64,000 bases of DNA from Haliotis rufescens (Eukaryota), in the NCBI RefSeq assembly GCF_023055435.1, contig NW_025964223.1, positions 47,120,001-47,184,000 on the forward strand. The letters are read 5' to 3'. This document shows positions 25,511-38,100 of the stretch, in pieces; within the stretch, counting starts at the first letter, position 1, and the number at the start of each line of letters is the position of its first letter. The notes beneath the pieces were generated by a model. The model was given only the letters and a program-made list of their open reading frames with translations. It was not told the origin of the DNA and did no database searches. Position numbers and translations under genes: made by a program.

Positions 25511-28500
25511 TCATACATTTATACACATATGCGTCCATATACACACAACTTTATACATCAATCGTGTATACTAACCTACATGTATAACTAGCATACATAC
25601 TAACATACCAACCTATATACATACCTATATTCATCAAACATAAATCAATCCTTATTATACATACACAGGTCCATCCATACCTATGTCCGTTTAAACACAC
25701 CTCAATCCAAATATACTAACACACATACGACCATACATCCATACCTATATTCATCCATACACATATCGATCCATATGTACATACACACATACAACCATAC
25801 CTATATCCATCCATTCACACCTCAGTCCATATATACATATACATATACACATACAACCATACCTATATCCATCCATTCACACCTCAGTCCATATATACAT
25901 ATACATATACACATACAACCATACAAGTGTCGTACTGAATACAGTATGAACATACATTAAATACAACAGATGATATAAATGAGAGGCACTGTGTACTAAC
26001 GTACATAAACACACCCGCCTACACACCTACGTGCATATATAAGACAATGCATAACATTATGGATGGGATAAAAAGTAATTAAAAATAAAAGCTAACAGTT
26101 TATATAAAGTTTACGGCGCCTGTACATTCTGTAGACAAGGGAGGCTAGGGATTTACTTATACATGTATACAATTATGTATACAGTAGTTTGAATCTTTCA
26201 CGCTGCATCGTGACAACTCATTAGATTAGTAGCAAATAATAATAATAATTATATTTCAACCAATTTATTTCATTAAGAATATATTATATCTTTCTGAAAC
26301 ATCCTTCTTAGATCAGAATTTCGAAAGGTTCAAATGATACGGAATACACAATGTTTAAACAAATCAATGCACCATGCTGTGCATACCGAGAGTATTTGTT
26401 CTGTCAGAGGATGCGTAAATGGATTCAACAACAAAAGTAACCCAGGCATCGACTTCCCCTCCATCTGTAACAGGTGAACATGTAAAACATAATTATAAAA
26501 AAGATCAAAACCACACGAAGAATCATTTTTAAAAAAGTTTATTCGTGTGTGTTGTGAGCGACCATCTAAACCAGTACCTTGTGATTTCAAGGTTATAACA
26601 TATGCATATTAAGGACGGGCCAATTTAGATTTGGGGGTGGGGTAGGGGTGAGATTTGTGATAGGGACCGCATATTTTCTTCTGCTGCTTTATGACAGGGG
26701 TCACAGAAGCTATGAATATCCACATCCTTGATGTTAAACATGTTGGTTTTACAGGCCTCCGTCGGATGAAAGGAATACTGTCTGTCAATAACTACTTAAT
26801 ACAGATACAAATTGTGTGAATGGCGGGTGCTACCGGTAGGGCAGGACATGCTGACTCTTTTCGCAATCACCTGGTGTCATCCCTGATGTTTAGTGGTCCA
26901 TTCATGTAATTTCCACAGCTATGTGCCCTCAATGCGAAGTGGAATCTGTTTCAGTGGATAATCAAGACTGGTTATTCTCTGGGATTGACGGTTTACATTT
27001 ACAAAGCTGAAATATACAAATCATGAGAACTGATTGTTCCATTCCATTCATCCTGCAAAGACATCCAATTGGAAGTTGCAACTGATTAAAAAATCAACGT
27101 TTATACAACATTTATCTGTCAACATGATATGTTAAAAGTTGAACCCCAGGACCAACTGCATCATGTTGTCATCACGAATCGTATTCTGGTGGGAGCCATA
27201 TTTGATAGTGAGTCAGTTAATATTTTACGTCACCTCGGCAATATTTTAGCCTTATCGTGACGACCATATTTAATAAAATCAGAGTAAAGTGCAACAACGA
27301 ATCTAGCACATTTGGATCATGTGTGAGGTAACCAAAACCCCAAAACCCTTTTCCATAATGATGACAAAATCTCTGCTAAAGGCAATCTGTCGTACGATTC
27401 CGACTTTAAATAGTGAGGATACCAGGTTTTCCCGAAAATGTGACGGGATCCGAACAACAAAAGGTTGCTCCCAACGCCGAGGGTTTACATTGTTTTAACC
27501 AAACCCGAGGCACAGTGTTTTTACTGAAACGATAATTTAATTTTCCAGAATACATTTCATGAACCTTAGGAAACGGGAGTAAAATATATCTTGCTAGCGT
27601 ACATGTATTTGAAAGAGACATTCCTAAAAGCAAAAGTGGATCACTCACTGCGCTACTGATACGAAGCTTGTAGGTTCGATGCCACTGAAATATAAGTTAC
27701 ATTTGTCTTTTGATTTAACATTAATCCGCACATTTCCTGAAGTTATCATTATATTATGTGCTCTATGAATTCTGTTTAACAGCTAAATATATCTATTGGA
27801 GTGTGGGATTTTCTATGGAATATCCCTGGGATAGAAGGATACTCTGGAGATAGAAAACAAGGCACCGTAAAATAATAGGATGACATCAATATAGGTTGTT
27901 TGAAGATATAAAAAGATCAAATGACAATGCGATGAAGTCAATGGAGGTTTATGAATCACATATAAAACATGATACGCGGTTTCAGGGGTCTCTCTTATTT
28001 TCTGTTTCTATGTTGGTAAATCAGTGGAACGGGGTTAGCCATTTTACAATTATTGAAGGCTATCAGATCATCGATATACATGACGATTATAATTTCTGTT
28101 AATCTCTTGGCCAAATTCCCTTGTTTTGACTTTGCCAATCAAGACAGTACTTCTGCATTACGAAACAGATGAGCAAGGAGGGGAATACAACCGGTACCCA
28201 TGGGGATGCCAACTTCTGTAATATCTAAATGTCCTACTCCCACAGTTCAGAAAAATGTTAACTCCGTGGAAGTCAAACATTTCACATATTATTTTCTTCG
28301 TATATTCCAGATGAAATTTTCTTTAATTTTGACACATTATCCTTAACTTGAGATGTAACTATATCTATGGTCACATTAACTGACAAATGCTCAATGGAAC
28401 TATACATGAATGATAATATTAGTGGACGGTGACTCCTAATCCGGTAACCCTACTGAAGACTTAGTCTGTACAGTTTTCAGATCATGTTGAACTTCCGTTT

Positions 28501-29121
28501 GTATTGTTTTTAAGTTCCATTTGTCATACCCAACATTTACAAGTTTCACGCTTTTCTCAACCCATTAACAGGAGGTTAATCAATCTCTCACTTTCATTTC
28601 AAGTGTTGCCACTTTCATTTTAATTTTAGAAATAACGTTATCAGTCAGGTCAGGTTTAGAAGGTTTTAATCAATGCTTGCCTGACTTTCCTTTATACATT
28701 TTGTCCAATCTGCACCTGTGGGTAGTAGGTCGATCTACGTCATGACAGTCCACGGGTTAATAGTAGTAGTTTATTCAAAAGCTGAATAAGGCTATCAGCA
28801 AAGGCCATTATACAAAATAATAACAAAAATACTCGAAACGCATGTTCGATTATGGACACATTGTCACGGTATAGGGGTTAATATCTGCTAGGCCCATCGA
28901 TACTAGCTGGTGTAATGAGCTGTGTAAGTAGTCGTCAGCTATTAGTCTAGTCAAGACTCGATCATGTGCTTGTGGCCGTGATAATGCTGGATTGCTGCTG
29001 ACATCAATGTTCACTGTTACTCACTTGCTCACTAGTTGTTCATGAAGACATGCAGTATGTTCATTTTACAGAGTTTTTCCTGTGTTCCTGTTCTAGGTGC
29101 ATCCGTTTTCATATTTGCGCC

Positions 29122-29364
29122 ACTCGTGACGATCCGGGTTAGAATTGGTCTCCAGGAACTCATGCTTCTCATGAGGCGACTGACGGGATCGAGTGGTCAG
29201 GCTCGCAAACTTGATTGATGCATGTCATTTTATCCCAATTGCGTATTTCGATGTTCATGATGTCAATCTCTGGATTGTCTTATCCAGAATCGATAATTTA
29301 CAGACCGCCATCATATAACTGGAATATTGCGAGTGAGGCGTTAAACAACAAACAAACAAACAAA
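29122..29364 (+). mobile_element. SINE family C (central CATGCTT..GAGGCGACT motif resembling the Nin domain; AAAC tail)
   Basis: Colinear with 41224-41490 and 1-128. Confidence 0.8.
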
Positions 29365-32181
29365 TCATATTTGCAAGGTTGCCTTTCACAGGTTTTCTTA
29401 TCTGTCAAAGTTTTGAATGTCAACGTTTGTCTGTACTTGCAGTACTGACTGAATCGTATGACAGAAACGTCTATTTGTGCATGAGAGTGTTGGACGTTGA
29501 GACATCCAGGTGGTTAATACTTTGGTTGTCCACACTGAAACTGCGTCCTATTGCCAACATGGCCATAGTGTGTGCAGCGCAGTGTCCTCCCCAGAAATAT
29601 AGCTGGAATTTCGCCGACTCACTCTTTTAATTTGAACTATACGGTATATTAAAGGAGCAAACGCCTAAACTGCATAAACTATTTTATTGTGAAAAATAAT
29701 AGAAACAATATCCCCCTTCCTAACGATGTATGACTATAAGGAGAAATGTGGCTGGTGTGTGCATCACTGCAAGACATCAATGTTATAATTGAAACAGTCG
29801 GCACGATTGCCAAAATAGCGACAATAACATGTACATTATCATAAGAAATCAGTTAGCAAATAAAGTGAATAAAACTACACGCTTCATGTCTAACCCTATC
29901 ATATAGTGTGCAGAACAACTTACGGATAGCATATTTACATCGTGTACTTCCATTATCAACTGTGTTTTATTATATGTGCAAAAATAGAGAATCAAACTTC
30001 AAATGAACTTATATATAGCGTATGACCTTTCATAAACCCTCACAGAGCATGAGCCCAATGCTTAACGTTTGTGATTGAAAAACGAAATCAATGCAAAATA
30101 CAGTATATGACACATTATCAAAAATAATCCAGCTTTAATATTTGTCAATGTGCGTGAAGACACGGTCGATCAAACAGGGCTCTATAACATCGCGTATAAC
30201 AATATTGTATTAGTTAGTGTAATTTGTTCATACTTTCCTTTGTATGCATTGTTCGTAGACAATACTAAAGACGAGGAAACTCGTGCCTTGGAACCTGATA
30301 AAGCTTATTAACCTGATATTTGAAAGTTCGAACAAATCGAAACACATCTTGACAGGAAAATTCTGTTAGTCTCATGTTCCGTGTCAGTTCAATCATATCT
30401 TGAGCATATACACTGAAGTTCCGTTTGATTAAAACTGTCAATTCTATTAATAGCCTGTTGAACAAATGAAACAGTAATACAGCATTGTTAATAATAATAA
30501 TAATAATAATGATAATAATATTATTAATATATGTACATTTGTACAGCGTTAAGTCAACGCGTTCTCACAGCCCGTGCAATCATTTCCTCGTGCACGTGAT
30601 CGCGTGCTACAATACCTCCTTCGTGTTAGTATAATCTTGAGATTACATACGAATCCGACCATTCTTTGAAATACACCTAGGTAAGATAGGTCCCGATTTT
30701 CCCAAGCTTGTCACAAATGGCCAATAAATTTTCTTTAGTTCCCGATGTTTACAGTGGGTGACTTGCTCATGTTTTCAATAACTGTTGTGCCCAGACAGAA
30801 ATCATTTACAAGCCACAATGATACAGCTGTTATATTTCTGACTGTGGTGTTAAACAACACCCACTCGTTCACTCACTTTGAACAGCTTGGGAGTAAGTTC
30901 TCATCCTACTTTGTAACAGAGCTACAAAATGACGATCATAATGTAGACATATAAACAGTTCATAGTTTGAGGGACGTGGCCAGGGTATTCAATTCCGATA
31001 TCTTCATGACAGAAAGGATCATTGTTCAGGTTGTAACATGCATTTAAGCTTAGGCCATCCATATTAAAATGTATGTTGCTTATCTCCATTCTCAGTTTCA
31101 GAGGGGTTGGACGATGCGAAGGCAAAAGGAAAAGATAGGAAAATGACGCCTTTGGTTCAGAATAAACTTGCATGTCTTGTTATTTCCTATTGCGGATATC
31201 CTTCCGATGAAATTCAGTTAGATTCTTTGTCAAACGGGAAATTCGTAATTTTATTCTTAGAGTAATGATATCCCATGCAGGCGAAACGATTTTATTATAT
31301 TTTGGACGGGGCGGTAATTTTGGATCCGCGGTGGAAACAAACAACACAATAAATTAGACAGCCATATTCGGTCTACATTAAAATATACAACTGCGTGAGA
31401 TATTCATGCAGGCTGGTTTCAGATATTCAGTTTTTCATGACACATGTGTTATCAAATTATGTGTAGTTAATACAGAGTGTAACATTGCATACATATCATT
31501 CTATATTGAATAATACTAGAAATATCTGACACATAGTCAAGTCCTATGGTAAACGAATTGCACAACGGTGTTAGTGAATAAAATAGACATTTGAGAATAA
31601 AACATGCAACAAAAAACATTTATACATCAACATACCATTATATGTTACAATTGCACAACAAATATCAAATCAAAATAAATCAATATACTACTTCCAATGA
31701 CAGCCCACTGACAAGCCTCACAGTTATTATCAAATTAAAAACACTTTTTTGACCGGAGATGAGGATTCGTCTAATTCATAAACCGACGGGCAAAAGTAGC
31801 TATGATAAATTATAAGTTCTACAAAAAGAATTCAAATAAATATCGTGTGATTGCTTTCGAAACTGAGTGTAGTTAGGAAATAGGTAATAGGGACATCACG
31901 CTTTGCTCCTGTTGAACGAAGCACGTGATTAATGACTCGAGTTTTCTCTTGGGTTGGTGCGTTCACTATAAGTAATTATAATATCCGAGGATGTATCTGC
32001 CTTGATAATCGAAAACACAATGTCAAAATATATTATGAAAATCTGTCCAATATCGAAAAAGCTAAATCATTACAGAAACAGACGAAGTCAGAGACATGTT
32101 CAATTGTGCACATGTCACATGCCCATCCCCTGCATCTGACACTGTAAAAGTACAGTGGATATGACCAGCACTGTTTGTCAG

Positions 32182-35100
32182 TCACGAAACGTAGATGTCA
32201 TTTTCTACCATGCAACATTTTTCTTTGGGCATATCTCCGCATTCTAAGCTCCCGTTGGCAGGAGTTTCATGGGTTGCGGGTCCGCTACAGTAGATATCGT
32301 TTTCTGTCATGTCACAAGCAGCAGCCTCAACTTTTCCACAATCGACGAAGCATGTATCCGTATTTTCATTACTAGCATCATCAGTTCTTTCATCAATAAG
32401 TTCCTTCTTTGATGGACTGTTTAAACACGTATCCATCATTTCGGTATTCTTCTCACATTCCTTGTTGTCGCCTCGTTTGAATCGAGAACTCCTTGGTAAC
32501 CCTTTAGAGTATAGGTCGTGTTCTGGTCTGGTGTCTGCCTGCTTGGATGTAGTTCCTGTATCTTGTACTTTTTCGGTACTTCCGGTTGTACTTGTTAAAA
32601 ATTGGCCAAAGTAAGTGTTAGTCGGTGCAGTTGACTCAGAAGCATTGAGTTGAAAGTGTATATGAGCGGAACTGTTGTCGGGAAGGGCATGCCGCCTTTG
32701 TTTACGTCTATAATGGAATAATAATGCATGATTAGTTGTAGTGACGCTCCGTGGTACATGTATGACTTTCACAAACTCTCATTAAAACTCTGAACAACCA
32801 TGTCGACTCATGAAGTACACGGTGTAATCAGGCATTTAGTATAATAGAAATTGATGTATTTCATCAGTATCATACAACTCTTATTTAAATGATGGAAGAG
32901 TGATCGTACACACGTCTCAAAGATGCCGTCCCATCTGTGGAATCGTTTATACAAATACAAAGGTTTGCCTAAGGCCGAACTTTGATAGTTTAGTCACGCT
33001 GATAGAGTTCATTTGTATCGCCTCATGAATAATGTTAAATACGAAGAGCTCGACGAAACGTTTTCGTAAGTTGTAAAACTGTGAGTGTTGGAAAGCAAAA
33101 ATGCTAATTCATAGCCATTCGAACACGCTTAGTAATTCAAGTAACAATATTTTTTAATAAAAAGTTTCATATTTTTTAGACTTTAAAGTTTTAAATGACC
33201 ATAAAAAAACTTCTCTATTATATTTTGTTCTGTATAAGCCATGCATTTGTGGCAAAATATATATTTATTCAAACATTTGTATTAGTATATAATAATTATT
33301 TCAAACATATTTACCTGCAAAGAACAATTGTGATAACCACAACAGTAAGTACACCACCACTCGCTGCACAAGCTGCCACAATTAAATCCACCGATGCTGA
33401 AACTGTAAGATCAGTAATGTTCACAAATCATTCGATGGTTTAAAAAAACAAACGCAATCCTACTCTTTGTCAAATATTTTAAAACGACGCCTATTATGGA
33501 TAGCGAAACCCCAAATATAGTAGAATCATACTGAAGTGGGAAAATGTCATAAGCGTTCATAATAATGATAATTAAATGCACTGAAACTCTTCTACCTTAA
33601 GGAACAGTTGTACCTATGTGCATAGTTGATATTGTGGACGTTAAACCTTTAGAGTGTTGCTTGACTGAAAAAGGAACCAACCCGCCAGCCGGTCAATCAA
33701 TCAATCAATTATAGAGGCCTGCATAAACAGTATGATATATTTTATGCAGGGCTTTATTGGGCCGATGTGACACTAACAAACGTGTATATACAGATAAATT
33801 ATGCATGTGGTTTTAAATTATTTTGGTGCGTAGTTGTTATTTTGGAGATTGCGCCTTCGAGCTGCTGATTGACATACCACTAGATACCACTCGTACTACA
33901 CCACACAGCGACCGTATGTATTCACAGGTGATGAAATAATGTAGTGTATACAAACACATGAAGTCCTGGCGATAATTATATTAAAATAATTAAAATATAA
34001 TTACTCGTCGATGATTTCGAAGGCCACGGTGTTGATTTACTTGCAGATGCATCGGTCGGAAAAGATGCTGTAACTGGAGATGACTGCGCCCTCGACGTTT
34101 CATTCACGTGTCCTGTGAGAATAGCAACATTATTAACAATTAGGTCCTGATCATCCTGGATTCAGAAATCATTTACACCACGGGACTGATGTGCATGCAA
34201 AAATGTGGCCGCTGGCAGACATTCTACATGTATTGGCGATAATTATATTATATTGTTTGACATATCGTAGATACCCAGCTGCATATTTATATTAGTATAG
34301 TGTGTAATTAATGAAACCGATTCGCATCCATTTGATTGCAGGGGTCTCCTAAAATCGAGTGATGTTATAACTGATATTCGTATATCGGATTTGTTATCAT
34401 TACAAAAACGTTATAAAGATTATGTACTATGTCTACCAATCTTTATCTGGGATCACATATATAATCGGAAGGTGTGTGGAAACAGTATTATCAGTACTTA
34501 GCCTGCCTTCTTAAAATGGTGTGTGTATGACACTCAATGGTAACGCCCCCTATTACCTTTAATTGGTACCGGCATAATTTATGTAAAATCAAAATAATCC
34601 ACTTGTATCCTCTAGTGTCTTATCATAATTTGGTAATATAAATATAAACAGACGTCCAAAAGAAACTTTACCAACTGAAAATAAGAATTTCAGACAAAGT
34701 ACAATTTTTTTTTATGAAGTCTATCTAAAACACATAACCTAAATACAACAATAGTGTTTGCAGAAAATGTTAATCGTCTGTTACATGTTTGCGAGATAAC
34801 ACGCGAAAAAGTGAAAAACACGTGCACCACGGACAACTGCAAATGCACGTGCGGGTAAGGGTATAAAACGATTGCAACGGCAAATCAGACATCCACAGTG
34901 ATAAAAAACACAAAAGAAATGCCACGACTCACAGTCGAACAACGTGAACGAGCCTTGGGTATGGTACAGATGGGAGCCACCCACGCCCATATTGCACGAA
35001 CCTTCGGTTGCTCCCGTGTTGCCGTTACAAACTTGATGCAACATTACAGACAGACAGGGCGGCCAGGCCAAGAACAGGCAGACCCAGGGTGACCACGCCC

Positions 35101-38100
35101 CATGATGACCGGTACTTGCGTACCTTGCACCTCCGAAATCGCTTCCTGACAGTGACGTCATCGGCGACAAATGCCTTAGGTCACAGGGTTAGTCGACAGA
35201 CAGTGGCCAGGAGACTCAGGGGTCATGGAATCGGGGCTTTTAGACCATACAGAGGACAGCCATGGACGGCGAAACATCGTCGTCTGCGATTGAGCTGGGC
35301 CCGGACTTTACGACGTTGGCAACGACGTGACTGGCAGAGGGTTGTCTTTACTGACGAAAGTCGATTCTGTATGTTTAGGGATGATGGAAGACAACGTGTT
35401 TACCGCCGAAGGGGTGAACGAACGGCGGCGTGTTGCGTGCAGGAGGTCGTACCATATGGTGGAGGGAGTGTCATGGTGTGGGGAGGGATCTGTGGGAAGG
35501 AGAGGACACTGCTGGTCATCGTTGACGGAAACTTGACAGCTCAGCGGTACATGGATAACATTCTTCGTCCAGTTGTCCTACCATTTCTCCAACAGCATCC
35601 ACGTGGTGTCATTTATCAGCATGATAACACTAAAGCCCATGCAGCCAGAATTGTCACTAACTTCCTCGCAGCCAACAACGTCAACGTCCTGCCGTGGCCT
35701 GCACGCTCACCCGACATGTCCCCCATAGAAAACCTCTGGGACTTGATGGATCGTCGTGTTCAACAACGACCACACTCTCCAGCCAACCGGCAAGAACTGA
35801 TCTTGGCCCTCCAAGAAGAATGACGTCAAATCCCACGTGACCTCATCAGACGACTGACTTTTTCTGTGCGTCGAAGAGTATTTGCGTGTATTGAGGCGTT
35901 TGATGGTCACACACGCTACCAATGACTTGTTATTGAACGTGAGCGATTGTTTATGTACTCTGCCTATTTTGTACCACACCCATCTCGGTCGCGGTATGAT
36001 TGTCATTTTCAGTGTTGATTATGTTGATATATTGAGCTTGTCAATACACTTTACTTCATGCATGTATGTTTTGTTGTTTTTGAGCAAGAGTGATTTCAAA
36101 CTCTGGTAAAGTTTCTTTTGGACGTCAGTTTAGTTTGTATTCTTCCCTCTTAAATCATTACATGATGTAAGTTATGTAAACATGATCAAGGTAAGTATGG
36201 CTTTAGAAAATAGCGCTCCAACTGGCTTGCAGTGTCTCTTCCAAATTAATTAGTGGCGGCTTAATACATCAATTCTATTTTTAACAATGAGGATATTAAA
36301 TATGTTTTCAAATACTATGGGACCGGATGAATGGAATGACTCACAACTCACACAAGTGAACTTTGTTATAATCACTCTTCGTGAGGTTTTTAATCTTTTA
36401 TATAATTATGTTTTACATGTTCACCTGTTGCAGACGGAGGAGAAGTCGATGCCGATGTTTCGTTTGTTGTTGAATCCACTGTAGCTTCCTCTGTTGTTGT
36501 TGATTCATCTTATTGGGAGAAAGAGACAATAGAACAGTAACTGTCGGTATGCACAGCACAGGGCTTTGATTTGTTTAAGCTTGTGTATTCCGTTTAGATG
36601 ATTTGTATGAACCTTTTGCAATTCTGTTCAAAGAAGGATGTTTCAGAAAGATATAAAATATACTTAATGAGTGAGTGAGTATGGTTTTACGCCGTTTTTA
36701 GCAGTATTCCAGCAATATCACGGTGGGGGTCACCAGAAATGGGCTTCACACATTGTACCCATATACTTAATGAAAGAAATTGGTTGCAATATATTATTAT
36801 TTGCTACTAATCCAATGAGTTGTTACGATGCAGCGTGAAAGATTCAAACCCCTGCATACATATCAAATGCAAAATATTAAGTTGAAGAGTTGTTAATAGA
36901 CAAATTACTACAGATCTGTTGAACGTTACAGATGTAACATATATATGTAAAATTAATGTTGTCAGTCTAGTATTATATTACCATTGATAAGACCATTTGA
37001 TTATGTTGTTTTGAAGATAGTATTGGAAAGTTCCGGGCTTTATTTGACAGAGTGGCGGGAGGATAGAGATCGTACAAATGAGTTAAACGTTCGGGAAGCT
37101 AAGCCTGTATGTATCGGGTATATGTATGGGCATATACAACTGAATGTTATAGCATCTATGTCGTGCTGATGTCATACAGTACAGGCGTATAAAGGCAATA
37201 CATGAGAACAAAGGGAAACACACAGCCGAAAGCTGACTATCATTGCTTCTGTGTGTTTAGGAAATCGGTATGGATACATTTTCGTGAAAATGTGTCCTGT
37301 GTATGCCGAATCTGCTTTTGAAAGGAAAAGGTTTGATGCATTCAAGTTTTCGATTACCGCCTGTGTAACTATTATGACACAAAAGTAATTTAGCTCACTC
37401 ACCAAACTTAGTGATTTTATAAGTTGTTTCTATTTACATGCATATGTGGCCGTTATTTACCTTTCCGCACATGTTGTGATCATGCCGAGTGAATGTATTA
37501 CAACTAAACATTATTTCGATACGGATGGGGAAGAGCTAGTTGTAGTGACAATGATAGGACATTCCCGACATGGAGAGCCGTAGGTCATGTTATTCATATA
37601 CATGTACTGAGGAATTGGTTTCAGTACAGATCGAGACCGCCTCCGTGGTCTAGTGGTAGAGCGTCCGCCCGGAGAGCAGAAGGTCCGGGGTTCGATCCCC
37701 GACCGCGTCATACCAAAAGACGTTAAAAGATGGTACTTGTTGTTACCCTGTCTGGCGCTCGACACTAAGGGGCAATAACAAGGACTGGTCGGCTCGGAGG
37801 GTATACTGTGTCTGAGTGGGGTATTCATGTTAAACTGCGGCATGCTACCTCAGTGAGCTAGCACTATCAATCGGCATCAGTCCGGACTAGTACAAGCAGC
37901 CACACAAACACACACACGTTCATGCACGTCGCTATATAAGTGCAATAATCTTGAACGCGACGTTAAACCTCATTTCACCTCACCTTCAGTACAGAACATC
38001 ACTATATATGTGACCAACCGTGAGGTAAGGGACCTCATTGGTGCAAAAATTACAGCATCTTCGGAACTCAAAATTAAGATTCACAAGCTTCAATTCATAT

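Larger units (their letters stand above)
24970..26170 (-). mobile_element. Non-coding retroposon insertion with AATAAA-(TTC)n 3' tail, internal minisatellites and 7-bp TSD; contains an N gap
   Basis: Absent from duplicate copy 2; AATTATG at 24963-24969 and 26171-26177; left end AAGAAGAAGAAAATTGTTTTATT. Confidence 0.85.
24260..28880 (+). repeat. Segmental duplication copy 1 (direct repeat of 56620-64000)
   Basis: 24260-24969 = 56620-57319; 26178-26370 = 57320-57520; 27217-27552 = 57522-57892; 27556-28880 = 62710-64000. Confidence 0.95.

Noticed and set aside
25306-25960. Repetitive ORFs (YEIAVSVL repeats, HTY repeats)
   Set aside because: Translations of minisatellites inside a non-coding insertion.
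27310-27650. ORFs shared by both duplication copies (LKQCKPSA.GATFCCSDPV)
   Set aside because: The copies differ by frameshifting indels; similarity is explained by DNA duplication and no domain was recognised.
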